Shown here: positions 29,510-42,320 of the stretch, one piece after another
Numbering within the stretch: the stretch's first letter is position 1
Layout: each line of letters begins with the position of its first letter
Position numbers and translations under genes: made by a program
DNA from: Bythopirellula sp.
Lineage (GTDB): Bacteria; Planctomycetota; Planctomycetia; Pirellulales; Lacipirellulaceae
Assembly: GCA_965216565.1 (NCBI GenBank)
Contig: OZ244170.1
Coordinates: 3,360,001-3,424,000, forward strand
Direction: 5' to 3'
DNA: 64,000 nucleotides
Notes under the pieces: generated by a model
What the model saw: the letters and a program-made list of their open reading frames with translations, nothing else
Database searches by the model: none
What the model was told of the DNA's origin: nothing

Positions 29510-30991
29510 ATGGGTCAGCTGCGATTCAACCTTGAAAATCGGGATCGCATTACCTCGGATGCCCTGCAGCGAATCTACGTGGCCGGCACCGAAGAGATTC
29601 CTTGGTCGACTCGATCCAAGTGGGAAGGCGACATCCTAGTTGTTGAGCGTGGCATCGACGACTCGGGCTCGGTCTATATCCCCTGGCGTGTCGATGGCAT
29701 GGGGCAGTGTATTCTGTCGACTTCCACACTCGTCGAGCGAACGCGTCCTTATCTCTTAGAAGTGGAATTGGCCCGCGGACTGCTTAATCGGATTCGCAAT
29801 CGCGTCTTTGTTTGGGAATGGCTGGGGCTTGAGACGCCGGCCAAAGTTCTCCAGCAATTAACGGATGCTACTCGCGACTTTTCCCGCGCGGCCACCACTC
29901 AAAGCAAACCTGCTGAGTCGGCGACCCTAGCCTTGAACGCAGTCGACCAGGCACTCGCTGCAGCCGACGAACTGGTCCGTTGCTACGCCCAACAAGCCAT
30001 CGTGTCGCGGCAGGAGCAAAGCCCTATTCCCGCGCTGCTGGGAGTAGCATTGCCGCCAGAAACTCCCAGCGTCGACACGCGTCGCGAACTATTGAGTGCC
30101 TGCAACTTGGTTCAGCTACCGGTTGCTTGGAAAAAAATCGAAGCACGCGAAGGCAATCGTGATTGGAAGGATACCGATGAAAAACTTGCCTGGTGCCAGA
30201 AGGCGGGACTGAAAGTCGCAGCCGGCCCGCTGCTATTCATGGACGATGCCGGTGTGCCCGACTGGATGTACCTTTGGGAAGACGATTTCGACAACCTCAC
30301 ACGCATGATGCTCGATCACGTGGAGGCGGTTGTTTCCCGATATGCGGGCCGTGTGCATTTATGGCATGTAGCATCGCGCGTGAACACGGGAAATCTACTG
30401 GGACTGGTCGAAGAGCAACGTTTGCAACTGGTCGCCCAAGTCTTAGAACTAGTTAAAAAAATAGATCCTCGCACGCCCACGGTGGTCTCCTTCGATCAAC
30501 CCTGGGGCGAATATCTGTCCGACCACGATGAGGACCTAGCCCCAGTTCACTATGCCGACGCGTTAGTCCGGGCGGGCTTAGGAATTTCTGGTTTTGGCCT
30601 GGAGCTGAATGTTGGCTACCAACCGGGTGGAAGTGCCGTGCGGCCCACCTTCGAAGTCGGTCGATTGCTCGATCAATGGAGTGTGTGGGGACTACCGTTG
30701 ATGCTTACGATCACCGCCCCCAGTGATTACTCGCAAGATCCCAACGCCAAGAAGGGGATCGAGACCCTCTTTCAAGAAGGGGACGTATCGGGCGATCTCG
30801 ATTATCAGCAGCAATGGGCCAGTTCTATCTTGCCACTGCTGATAGCCCGTTCGACGGTGCAGATTGTGCTGTGGAACCAACTGAGCGACGCCGTCCCCCA
30901 CGAGTTCCCCCACGGCGGCCTCTTCGATCAAAAAGACCAACCAAAGCCCACGCTAGATCTGATGCGCGACCTGCGAAAGAGTCTGTCTTAG
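29510..30991 (+). CDS. GH10-fold protein, catalytic glutamates apparently absent
   Basis: TIM-barrel-like pattern (VPDW, VVSRYAGRVHLWHV, GGLFD...PKP) resembling GH10. Confidence 0.65.
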   Translation: MGQLRFNLENRDRITSDALQRIYVAGTEEIPWSTRSKWEGDILVVERGIDDSGSVYIPWRVDGMGQCILSTSTLVERTRPYLLEVELARGLLNRIRNRVFVWEWLGLETPAKVLQQLTDATRDFSRAATTQSKPAESATLALNAVDQALAAADELVRCYAQQAIVSRQEQSPIPALLGVALPPETPSVDTRRELLSACNLVQLPVAWKKIEAREGNRDWKDTDEKLAWCQKAGLKVAAGPLLFMDDAGVPDWMYLWEDDFDNLTRMMLDHVEAVVSRYAGRVHLWHVASRVNTGNLLGLVEEQRLQLVAQVLELVKKIDPRTPTVVSFDQPWGEYLSDHDEDLAPVHYADALVRAGLGISGFGLELNVGYQPGGSAVRPTFEVGRLLDQWSVWGLPLMLTITAPSDYSQDPNAKKGIETLFQEGDVSGDLDYQQQWASSILPLLIARSTVQIVLWNQLSDAVPHEFPHGGLFDQKDQPKPTLDLMRDLRKSLS

Positions 30992-31139
30992 GGGAGACTT
31001 CGAGGCTGGGGGCTTTGAGGCTTCGAGACTGGTAAGATTCACGTTCGAGGTCGGAATTCTAACACTCCCGCCCATAGCCTTACCCTTCCAGTCTAGCGCG
31101 GCTTCTAAACCATGCCTGAAAAGACTATAGAGTGTAGGT

Positions 31140-31200
31140 GTAGCAGAATTCGCAAGAAATCAGCTAAATAGACTTCGGAATACTTGCCGAATCTCGTTAC
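31140..31200. repeat. Degenerate palindromic REP-like repeat
   Basis: GTAGCAGAATTCGCAAGAA...TACTTGCCGAATCTCGTTAC imperfect inverted repeat. Confidence 0.4.
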
Positions 31201-31220
31201 TTCGAAATGGGGCTCGCTCT

Positions 31221-31873
31221 AGGCCCAGAGGGCCGCAACAACCCTAGCCGGTGCCGTGAGGCACCTGTAACGTAGGCTTATCCTTCAGGTGAGCCCCGGA
31301 GGGGCGACACAATCGGAGCCAACCAATGCCCAGCACACACCAACAACTTCTCTACCATGTCGTGTTTAGCACAAAAAATCGCAAACCGTATCTTTCAAAT
31401 CAACAACAACGCGAAGCAATCTTTGCCTACATGGCTGGGGTGGTAAAGAATTTGGACGGCTTCGCACTGGAGATCGGTGGTTGGAGCGACCACGTCCACC
31501 TACTTGTGAGAATCCCCGCCAAGCACGCGGTCTCCGAGTTCATTGGTCGACTCAAAGCAAGTACTAGTCGCCACAACAATCAGTCCTGCGGACAGATCCA
31601 CAAGTTTGGCTGGCAAGATGGGTTTGGTGCATTCTCAGTAAGCATGTCGCAAAAAGACAAGGTCGCCCGATACATCCTCAATTAGGAATCGCATCATGCG
31701 TGCGAATCGTTTGAGGACGAGTACGTTGGACTCTTGAAAATAACACGGCGTGCAGTATGATGCTCGCTACGTTTGGGACTAATCAATTGTGCCGCCCTTG
31801 GGGCTTGTCTCTTGGCGTGCCCTATAACCGGGGCCTGACGGCCCCGTCTAAGGTTGCACAGGCCCTCCGGGCC
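31221..31873 (+). mobile_element. IS200/REP-associated tyrosine transposase element with palindromic ends
   Basis: Hairpin-rich ends flanking an HUH transposase gene. Confidence 0.8.
31326..31782 (+). pseudogene. tnpA: IS200/IS605-family Y1 transposase, disrupted
   Basis: YHVVFSTKNR, DHVHLL (HUH), WQDGFGAFSVS, ARYILN then TAG at 31683; ESHH...EDEY continues in frame and HGVQYDARYVWD* in a shifted frame. Confidence 0.88.
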
Positions 31874-32016
31874 AACCCTTGAAGAAGATTGCAGTGATTG
31901 TGAACTGCAGGACTGCTCAGAATCTGGCTCAAGAACAACTCATTGGGCTCCAGAGGCCTAAGCCCGATAGAGTGCTCCTTCAATACCTCGAAGCCCACAG
32001 CCCCAAAGCCTCCAGC

Positions 32017-32388
32017 CTAGCGCGGCTTCGCCACGTCGCTACCTTGAACGGCTTCTACACACGAGTGGAAGTGCAACAGCGTGTGATCGAGTCGGCAGAA
32101 ATGCAGAGCTTGCTCACACTCAGGACGCAAACCGCTCAGTCGCAACGAGCCTTCGTGCTGCAACAATCGCTTTTGCAACATCACCAGTTGCCCCATCAGC
32201 ACGCTCGGCATGAACTCGACGTCGTCCATTTCGAGGACCAGTCGGTAGATGAAGTGCTTTTCCATCAGCGCCCAAATGCGATCGGCAAAGTCTCCTGCTT
32301 CGTCAGGTTCGACATGAACACGAATGATTAGCCAATCGGGGCCCCGCGCGACTTCCATTTCTCTTGAACTTTGCACACTGCTCATCAT
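32017..32388 (-). CDS. STAS-domain (anti-sigma antagonist-like) protein
   Basis: LVLEMDDVEFMPSVLMGQLV...GSLRLSGL. Confidence 0.85.
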   Translation of the reverse strand: MMSSVQSSREMEVARGPDWLIIRVHVEPDEAGDFADRIWALMEKHFIYRLVLEMDDVEFMPSVLMGQLVMLQKRLLQHEGSLRLSGLRPECEQALHFCRLDHTLLHFHSCVEAVQGSDVAKPR

Positions 32389-32615
32389 ACGGCTCCTTTT
32401 CTTTGGCCGAGAAGAAGGCGGGAACTAGTGGAAGTTTCCGCAAGGAGAGTGTGACCTCTCTTAATGCATTCTACGCCTATCACCAGAAAACAGACAACGC
32501 GAATACTCAAATCTGCGCGCAGCCAATTGCCTGATTTTCATCCGACCTCGAGGTGCCGGGATCTCGTTGCTAGCGTCACTCTTTGGGAGCATCCGCTCGG
32601 GCATGCCCATTCAGA

Positions 32616-35438
32616 TTACGAAGAAAGCATTTCTGAAATTGTTTCTTTGGCAACTTGCAAAGCTTCGGGTAGCTTGGCTGGTTGGCGTCCGCCGGCCTGC
32701 GCCATATCGGGACGGCCGCCACCGCCGCCGCCCAGCGTTTGTGCTACCGGCTTTACCCAGTTTCCTGCGTGGGCACCCTGCTGCTGAAGGTCTTGGGAGA
32801 CTCCCGCCACCAGGGTCACTTTGTCGTCGCCTTCGCTGCTTGCCAAGAGCACGGCACTCGTGCCAACCTTTTGACGGATTTGGTCGATTAACTGCCGCAT
32901 CAGGTTCGGCTCCGCAGTGGGCGCTTCGGCCACCACAATGGTGGCTTCCCCTATTTTCTCTGCCGATTCAAGTAGCCCGTCAGCGGTAATCGGCCCCGCC
33001 GCAGCCCGCTCTTCAAGCCGTCCATGCAGCGTGCTGACCTCTTCAACCACTGCAGTCACCCGTTCGAGGACCGAAAGGGGTGCAACCGATAGCAAATGGG
33101 CCGTCTCGGTTAGAATTTGCTTCGCCTGTGACGAGGACACGGTCTCTTGGCCAACCACCGTCGACATCCCGCCGGCCTTAACCTCTGGGGCAGCACCGCC
33201 TGCTGCCAGCGTCTTGCGTAAATCGCGTTGTTGCTCCAGGAGTACTTGGACATTTCGGGGCACGGCCGACGGCGCACAACCCAGGAGCTGCGCCGTACCC
33301 TGCAATGCCTCGGTGATTTGACCGCTATGCTCCTCGGCTCGTTTTCCCGTCAATGCGGTAATGCGTCGAGTGCCGGCGGAAACCCCTTCTTCGCTCAGGA
33401 TTTCGAACGCCTGCACCTCGCGGGTGTTCTCCAAATGGGTGCCCCCACACAGCTCTTTGCTAAAGTCGCCCATCGACACCATCCGCACCGGGTCGGGGTA
33501 CTTCTCGCCAAATAGCATCATCGCTCCCTGGCTACGCGCTTCGGCCAGCGGCAAGGTCTCCCATTTGATGGCCTGCGCCGCCAAAACTTTCTCCTCCACG
33601 TCGCCACCGATCTTTGCCAGTTGCTCGCTCTCCACGGGGCTAAGATTCGTAAAGTCAAACCGCAGCCAATCCTCGTCGACTTTCGACCCTTGCTGTTGGG
33701 CATGTGTTCCCAGCAGTTGCTGCAAGGCGTGATGCAAGATGTGCGTGGCCGAGTGCGCTCGGCGAATGCCATCGCGACGCTCAACGTCGACGATCGCCTC
33801 GACCTTGGCCCCCTCGCTCATCGTGCCCTTGAGCAAATGGCCGATGTGGATCACCAGTTGGCCATCCTTTTGCGTATCGCTGACCTCGAATTCAAACCCC
33901 TCGCCAACCAACCGGCCCGTATCGCCCACCTGCCCGCCACTCTCGCCGTAAAACGGTGTGCGATCAAGCACCACACGGAGTGGATTCTCATGGCCAACTT
34001 CCTCCATGGTGTCGCACAGATGATCGTCCGGCGGCGTGCCGGCAATGATTCCCTTCACTACTGCCGGTGCTTTGGTGGTTTCGTAACCCAGGAACTCCGT
34101 GGAATGAAGTGCATGCTTCAGCGAATCGATCGGCCCCTTCGCGCCCATCACCGTGTGCTGCACTTTGCCGGAGACCTCGCCGTGCTCTTCCATCGACTTG
34201 GTGTAGCCTTCCCAATCGAAGGCCAAATTGTGCTCGGCAGCCAATGCCTCAAACAATTCTGGCGGGACGCCAAATGTTTGGTAAAGCTCCGCAGCCACTG
34301 CGCCTTCCACCTTCACACGATTGTCGGTGCGCATCTCCTCAAAAACCTTCTCTATCCGATGCAGGCCGTCATCGATGGTGCCGAAGAAGTTGGCCTCCTC
34401 TTTTTCAATGACACTAGCTACCCGCTCGACCGTTTCTGTTAGATCTGGATAAGGGGCCTTCATCGCCTCCACCACCGCTGGTACCAATTGATGCAGGAAC
34501 GGTTCACGCACGCCCATCTGATGACCGTCTAAAACCGCGCGACGCAGCAACCGTTTGATGACGTACTTCTCCTTGTTCGGCCCGGGGTACACATTCTCGT
34601 GCACGGCAAAGGTACAAGCCCGCACATGGTCGGTAATGCGGCGCAGGCGGCGACCTTCTTCGCTATCGAGCGAATACTGCTGGCCGCAGATTTCCGCTGC
34701 GGCCTGGACGATCGGCATTAGGTTATCAATATGGTAATTCGTCGGCACACCTTGGAGCGTCGCAACCGTACGCTCCAGGCCCATGCCAGTGTCAATATTC
34801 TTGGAGGGCAACGGCCGAAGGTTATCAGGAGGATCGCCTACCCGATTGAACTGCGTGAACACTAAATTCCAGATCTCAACCGACTGCCCTTCGTCGGGAT
34901 GAAAGTAAATTTCACTACACGGACCACACACCCCATCGGGCCCTTGACTCGGTGCGCTGGCGGGCCAAAAATTTTCGTCTTCTTCCAATCGCTCGATTCG
35001 CGCGGTTGGAAGCTTAATGTCGCTCGACCAAATCTCCGCCGCCTCGTCGTCGTCTTTATAGACCGTCACGCTCAGTCGCTCAGGATCGATCCCCAGCCAT
35101 TTCTTGTCCGTGAGAAACTCCCATGCCCAATTGATCGCTTCGCGTTTGAAGTAATCGCCAAAGCTAAAGTTGCCGAGCATTTCAAAGAACGTATGGTGGT
35201 ATGCCGTGCGGCCCACGTTGTCGATGTCGCCGGTGCGCAAACACTTTTGGCAGGTCGTTGCACGCGTGAAATCCAACTTCACCTTGCCCAGGAAATGATC
35301 TTTGAACTGGTTCATCCCCGCCGGGGTGAATAACACAGACGGATCCCAAGTGGGCACCAACACATCGCTATCGCAGCGACGATGGCCTTTGGATTCGTAA
35401 AAGGCAAGATACTTTTCGCGGAGTTCGTCGGTTTTCAT
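32616..35438 (-). CDS. alaS: Alanine--tRNA ligase
   Basis: TPAGMNQFK, HHTFFEMLGNFSFGDYFK, DTGMGLER, HSATH, ELCGGTH, GGGGRPDMAQAGG. Confidence 0.98.
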   Translation of the reverse strand: MKTDELREKYLAFYESKGHRRCDSDVLVPTWDPSVLFTPAGMNQFKDHFLGKVKLDFTRATTCQKCLRTGDIDNVGRTAYHHTFFEMLGNFSFGDYFKREAINWAWEFLTDKKWLGIDPERLSVTVYKDDDEAAEIWSSDIKLPTARIERLEEDENFWPASAPSQGPDGVCGPCSEIYFHPDEGQSVEIWNLVFTQFNRVGDPPDNLRPLPSKNIDTGMGLERTVATLQGVPTNYHIDNLMPIVQAAAEICGQQYSLDSEEGRRLRRITDHVRACTFAVHENVYPGPNKEKYVIKRLLRRAVLDGHQMGVREPFLHQLVPAVVEAMKAPYPDLTETVERVASVIEKEEANFFGTIDDGLHRIEKVFEEMRTDNRVKVEGAVAAELYQTFGVPPELFEALAAEHNLAFDWEGYTKSMEEHGEVSGKVQHTVMGAKGPIDSLKHALHSTEFLGYETTKAPAVVKGIIAGTPPDDHLCDTMEEVGHENPLRVVLDRTPFYGESGGQVGDTGRLVGEGFEFEVSDTQKDGQLVIHIGHLLKGTMSEGAKVEAIVDVERRDGIRRAHSATHILHHALQQLLGTHAQQQGSKVDEDWLRFDFTNLSPVESEQLAKIGGDVEEKVLAAQAIKWETLPLAEARSQGAMMLFGEKYPDPVRMVSMGDFSKELCGGTHLENTREVQAFEILSEEGVSAGTRRITALTGKRAEEHSGQITEALQGTAQLLGCAPSAVPRNVQVLLEQQRDLRKTLAAGGAAPEVKAGGMSTVVGQETVSSSQAKQILTETAHLLSVAPLSVLERVTAVVEEVSTLHGRLEERAAAGPITADGLLESAEKIGEATIVVAEAPTAEPNLMRQLIDQIRQKVGTSAVLLASSEGDDKVTLVAGVSQDLQQQGAHAGNWVKPVAQTLGGGGGGRPDMAQAGGRQPAKLPEALQVAKETISEMLSS

Positions 35439-35679
35439 CGGTGTGGGGCTAGGTGTTAGGGGCTAGAGGCTAGGGTTTTCTTCTCTTCGTTGTGGCACGA
35501 AATAGCCGCGATGCCACGTATCGCAAGGCACCCGACCAAGTCGCAGACACAAGCCCGTATGATATCGGTTCGGCGGAGAAGTGGCCACTGCCACTTCGAA
35601 GACAGGATGACTGGATCAGCAGAATCTAAAAGATGCAGAAGATGAGTACTCACCCAATTCATCCTGTTCGTTTCTTCAA

Positions 35680-36381
35680 TCACCCCTTGCTCACCACTTC
35701 CAAAATCAGCCGGGGCGGCACGCCAATCGACACCACGTGCAGTTGCCCCATATACTCCGCCGCGGTCTCCTCAAGAAACCCCCGCTTCGCTGCGACAAAC
35801 GTACACGTCGCGTCGGCTCGCACACAAACATTGCTAGCCGTGCCGGTGTCGCAGTCCAAGCCACTTGGCACATCCAAAGCAAGCCGCTTAGCCCGCTGAC
35901 CATTCATCCACCCAATTGCCGTGGCAAACGGCTCGCGCGGTTCACCCTGGGCGCCGGTTCCCAGCATCGCATCCACCAGCCAGGTGGCCTCGCCCGCGTT
36001 GGCGTTGAGTTCGGCGGGTAAGTCCTCGGTCTGCGAAAGATCAACAATCCGCACATTGGTTTTTTGCAGAATCTCAAAGTTCTGCTGTGCGTCGCCGCTG
36101 AGGTCGTTAGAGTCACAAAGCAAAACGACTCGGCAACGAACGCCGTGAATTTCCAGATGCCGGGCAATCACAAACCCATCTCCGGCATTGTTTCCTTTGC
36201 CGCAGAGGATGACGGCCAACTTGGCATCGTCACCCGCAAGAGTTGGGTCCCAACTTAGCAGCAGCTCGACCACACCGCGCCCAGCATTTTCCATCAGCAC
36301 CATGCTGGGAATGCCGTAGTCGTTGATGGCAATCGAATCGATCGAACGCGATTGCTCGCGAGTAAGTGCGATGCCGTCCAT
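35680..36381 (-). CDS. nnrE: NAD(P)H-hydrate epimerase (stand-alone YjeF-N)
   Basis: LMENAG, CGKGNNAGDG, VDAMLGTG, LDVPSG. Confidence 0.93.
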   Translation of the reverse strand: MDGIALTREQSRSIDSIAINDYGIPSMVLMENAGRGVVELLLSWDPTLAGDDAKLAVILCGKGNNAGDGFVIARHLEIHGVRCRVVLLCDSNDLSGDAQQNFEILQKTNVRIVDLSQTEDLPAELNANAGEATWLVDAMLGTGAQGEPREPFATAIGWMNGQRAKRLALDVPSGLDCDTGTASNVCVRADATCTFVAAKRGFLEETAAEYMGQLHVVSIGVPPRLILEVVSKG

Positions 36382-36508
36382 AGGAGATAGGCTATCGCTT
36401 GAAGGCTGCTGGCGGTAGTCCCGACGCTCCGGCGACTCCCACCACGGCGACTAAACTGCGAGTCGCGGCTATCTCAGAGCACCGTCGCTAAATGCCTCAA
36501 AGCCTCCC

Positions 36509-39332
<2,824 letters not shown>

Positions 39333-39539
39333 TTATCATGCTTCGAGGTGGCTCTGGCAAGTCGTTGTGTCCCAGAGGTTTACAGGGCAGTTTGTTTCGA
39401 TGCTATTCTGCAAACAATGCTGAACAGCTATTCGCCTGGGAGAGGTATCAAATCGTTTATTTGATGCCAAACAAGGACTATCGTAGACTTGATTGATCTA
39501 GCACCTCATCGCATTGGCACTCATGGCCAGAGGATACCC

Positions 39540-40193
39540 GTGACAAGAACTCTGAAGAATCCAATCCTCCAACTTGCAATTTTTTGTATCAGCACCCAGA
39601 CCTGTCAGGCGATGGTTGTGCTGGATCAGTCTGTAAATGCGACAAGAAACGGAGGCATAACTGTAGCAGACGGCAAACTTATTGGTCAAACGTTTATCGC
39701 TGGCAGGAACGGTTTGCTCTCTCAAGTTGGAATTCAATTAAGAAAATCGTCAGCAACCGAGGATGCGACGCTACTAATCTATAATGCGTCAAACAATGAA
39801 CCAACAACCTCCCTGGGGTCAGTTGCCATCCCAGTTAGTAGTATTGGCTTTGGAGGCTTGGTTCCCTTTCCATATGTTGATCTCGACGTCTCGAGTCTTG
39901 GCATTAATGTTACTGCCGAACAAGAACTGGCCATTGTAATTACCTACGATGGCAACGGGTCCTACTTTTGGCCCGACGCTCCTGCGACACCGGCGGATGT
40001 CTATCCGGACGGACGCTCAGTACTCCTCACCGAGCAACATGGGTGGTTGCCAGTCTTGATACCTAGGGATTATGGCTTTCGCACGTTTGTCGAATTAGTC
40101 CCGGAGCCTTCAACGCTTATTCTTGCCTTAACCGGTCTGCCTTTGACTCTCCGTCGGAAAAAAAGCTCTTCCTACCCCGGCCCCACGGTGTGA
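39540..40193 (+). CDS. PEP-CTERM sorting-domain surface protein
   Basis: Signal-like N-terminus; VPEPST + TM + RRKK. Confidence 0.8.
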   Translation: MTRTLKNPILQLAIFCISTQTCQAMVVLDQSVNATRNGGITVADGKLIGQTFIAGRNGLLSQVGIQLRKSSATEDATLLIYNASNNEPTTSLGSVAIPVSSIGFGGLVPFPYVDLDVSSLGINVTAEQELAIVITYDGNGSYFWPDAPATPADVYPDGRSVLLTEQHGWLPVLIPRDYGFRTFVELVPEPSTLILALTGLPLTLRRKKSSSYPGPTV

Positions 40194-40468
40194 AACACAT
40201 CCACCACCCACCACTCGATGTAGCGGCTCACGACGTTGCCATAGTCCAGCAAGCCCAATGGGTAGTACAAGAGGAAGACCGCATAGAATTGGTCGTAGCC
40301 GGTGGCTTCGCGGAGCCAGCATGCCAAGCCAATCACAGGCCCGCTGCTCAAGACATAGACGATCAGAATAACGAACACAGCATAGCTGTAGTCGGCGAGC
40401 CGTCTCTTCCGCTGGCGGTTCGGAGAAGAATCGTTCCCCACGTTGGACGAGCCAGGTTCACTCATCAT
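40172..40468 (-). CDS. Small membrane protein
   Basis: Two hydrophobic segments (YVLSSGP..., YYPL...YIEWW). Confidence 0.6.
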   Translation of the reverse strand: MMSEPGSSNVGNDSSPNRQRKRRLADYSYAVFVILIVYVLSSGPVIGLACWLREATGYDQFYAVFLLYYPLGLLDYGNVVSRYIEWWVVDVFHTVGPG

Positions 40469-40869
40469 CCACACACAGCCAAGAAACAAACAAGCAAATC
40501 GACAATTCCCCATTTCGCAAAGACGCGCAGGTCAAGACCCAAGAATTGAGCCGATTTGCGAGCGGCCGTCACACAAGAAATCGTGGCGGCTAATAAACTT
40601 TCACACAAGATAAGCGATCTCAATTTTCCCAATCTTGTGTGCTCCACCATCACGTGACACAAGATAGGGTTTCTCCCGCGTGGAGCAGTTGCCGCATTTG
40701 CCTGAAAAACAGGTACCGCCAACAAAAAAAGCCGAAACAATGGTTTTTCGGGGCATGCCAATTCGCTCTTGCTTCACTCTATCACAGGGCCAGGCAAAAT
40801 CTCAGCTACGATTCTTGGTCGTCTAACGTCACCCCGGCAGATTGGCACGTGGCGTCACCAACGCAGGCA

Positions 40870-40908
40870 TAAAAAAACGGAGGCCGATTCACTTAGAATC
40901 GGCCCCCG
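40870..40908 (-). terminator. Intrinsic terminator after the porin gene
   Basis: GGCCGATTC-loop-GAATCGGCC stem with T-tract on the minus strand. Confidence 0.8.
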
Positions 40909-40952
40909 CTGGGTATCACTCTCAAGTCACTTGATGTGACAAGATTCTGACC

Positions 40953-42320
40953 TTAGTAGGTAAGGATCATGTCGCAAGCAACGTTGTTAACGCTGAAGTC
41001 ACCGGCTGGAGCCCAGTCGGTACGAGCTTCAGGTCGTAGAATCAGGTTGTCGAGCAACTTGATGTTCGCACCAGTGGTGTAACCGTAGGTCGATACGCGG
41101 TCGCCAGCAGCAGTAAAGGGGCTACCGGTACCATCACGCCACCATTCAACACGCGAACCCAAGGACAGCCATTCGTTGAAATCGAAGAACAAGTAGTTCA
41201 CGATTCCTACGTCTTCGTCGTCGCTGCCATCGATGTTCTTGTAGTCCGTTTGGAATACATAGTTCACACGATCGCTGACGTTCACGTCCAGAACAACCGA
41301 CTGAGCGAAATCGTCGTCGCGATCCTGGGTGATGGAACCAAAGTTGCCGTAGGCGTTGGTCCAAGTCAGGGTAATGGCGTCAGACAGGCTAGCAGAGAAA
41401 CCACCAAGGAAGTTGTTACCTTCATTGACGTTATCGAAGCCAGTGTCCCAACCAAGAGTCCAACCACCGTACAGAGTCATGTTTTCAAGACCGTTGTACT
41501 GACCCAAAACACCGGTGTGGGTGAATGGCTCGCTGTTGAACATGGTGTAAGAGTGGCTGAAGAAGAAGTTTTGAGGCGACATTACGCTCTCGTAACCCAT
41601 GATCGTGTAGAAACGACCAATCTTCACCGACACGTCGCCAGTGGCGATCTCAGCGTACAACTGAGGAATAGCCCAGCCGTAAGTGCCGTGGTCGAGCGAA
41701 GCATCAAAAGTACCGAAACCAGGGGTTCCAGCACCAGGGTTGCCGAAGGCTTGAGTCTTCTGGGCGTCAACACCGTAAACGGTGTCAGCACGGAAACCGA
41801 TGTCCAAACCGTGACGACCGTCAGCCTTACGCTCAACGTAAGTGTACATCTGGTGCAGATTGAATCGGTCTGGGGAATCGAGGAACGATCCTAGCGTGCC
41901 ATTGCTTCCTTGCGGAGACAGAGGAGTGACATCGTCAGTCCAACCGAACTGAGTCCAACCACCAATATGGAAGTTGGAGAAGCCAAGACGATCCGAAAGG
42001 GAGAAATCTTCCAGGATGCCAGGACCCATTCCGCTCAAAAGCCCAACACCACAACAGCAGCATCCGCAACCGCAATCGCAGCCACAGCAGCTGTCGCCGC
42101 AGCAATCGTCGCCACAGCAGTTATCACCGCAGCAGCTATCGCCACAGCAGCCATCTCCACAACAGTTGTCGCCACAGCAACCATCGTCGCAGCAGCTGTC
42201 ACAACCCACAGGTACAACGTTTTGGTCGAATGACCACTGTCCCACTCCCGTTTCGGCAAACGCGGGTGCCGCCGAAAGGGTGAGAACAGCGATACCGACT
42301 GTCCATGTCTTGAAATTCAC
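40953..42320 (-). CDS. Outer-membrane beta-barrel porin (BBP2-like) with Cys-rich N-terminal repeat
   Basis: Signal peptide, GRFYTIMGYE, FFFSHSY, EPFTHTG, LRPEAR, terminal Tyr. Confidence 0.85.
   Translation of the reverse strand: MNFKTWTVGIAVLTLSAAPAFAETGVGQWSFDQNVVPVGCDSCCDDGCCGDNCCGDGCCGDSCCGDNCCGDDCCGDSCCGCDCGCGCCCCGVGLLSGMGPGILEDFSLSDRLGFSNFHIGGWTQFGWTDDVTPLSPQGSNGTLGSFLDSPDRFNLHQMYTYVERKADGRHGLDIGFRADTVYGVDAQKTQAFGNPGAGTPGFGTFDASLDHGTYGWAIPQLYAEIATGDVSVKIGRFYTIMGYESVMSPQNFFFSHSYTMFNSEPFTHTGVLGQYNGLENMTLYGGWTLGWDTGFDNVNEGNNFLGGFSASLSDAITLTWTNAYGNFGSITQDRDDDFAQSVVLDVNVSDRVNYVFQTDYKNIDGSDDEDVGIVNYLFFDFNEWLSLGSRVEWWRDGTGSPFTAAGDRVSTYGYTTGANIKLLDNLILRPEARTDWAPAGDFSVNNVACDMILTY
42051..42203 (-). 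repeat. 15-bp coding tandem repeat (CCGDx pentapeptide)
   Basis: CCDDG CCGDN CCGDG CCGDS CCGDN CCGDD CCGDS...CCCC; 24 Cys in 51 aa. Confidence 0.9.

Noticed and set aside
31683..31685. TAG recoding (pyrrolysine or readthrough) in tnpA
   Set aside because: A nearby frameshift indicates decay; a CAG-to-TAG change is simpler
31879..32331. 150-aa plus-strand ORF
   Set aside because: Antisense to the STAS gene, no recognisable motif
33621..34442. 273-aa plus-strand ORF and similar long antisense ORFs
   Set aside because: Shadows of well-supported genes in GC-rich DNA
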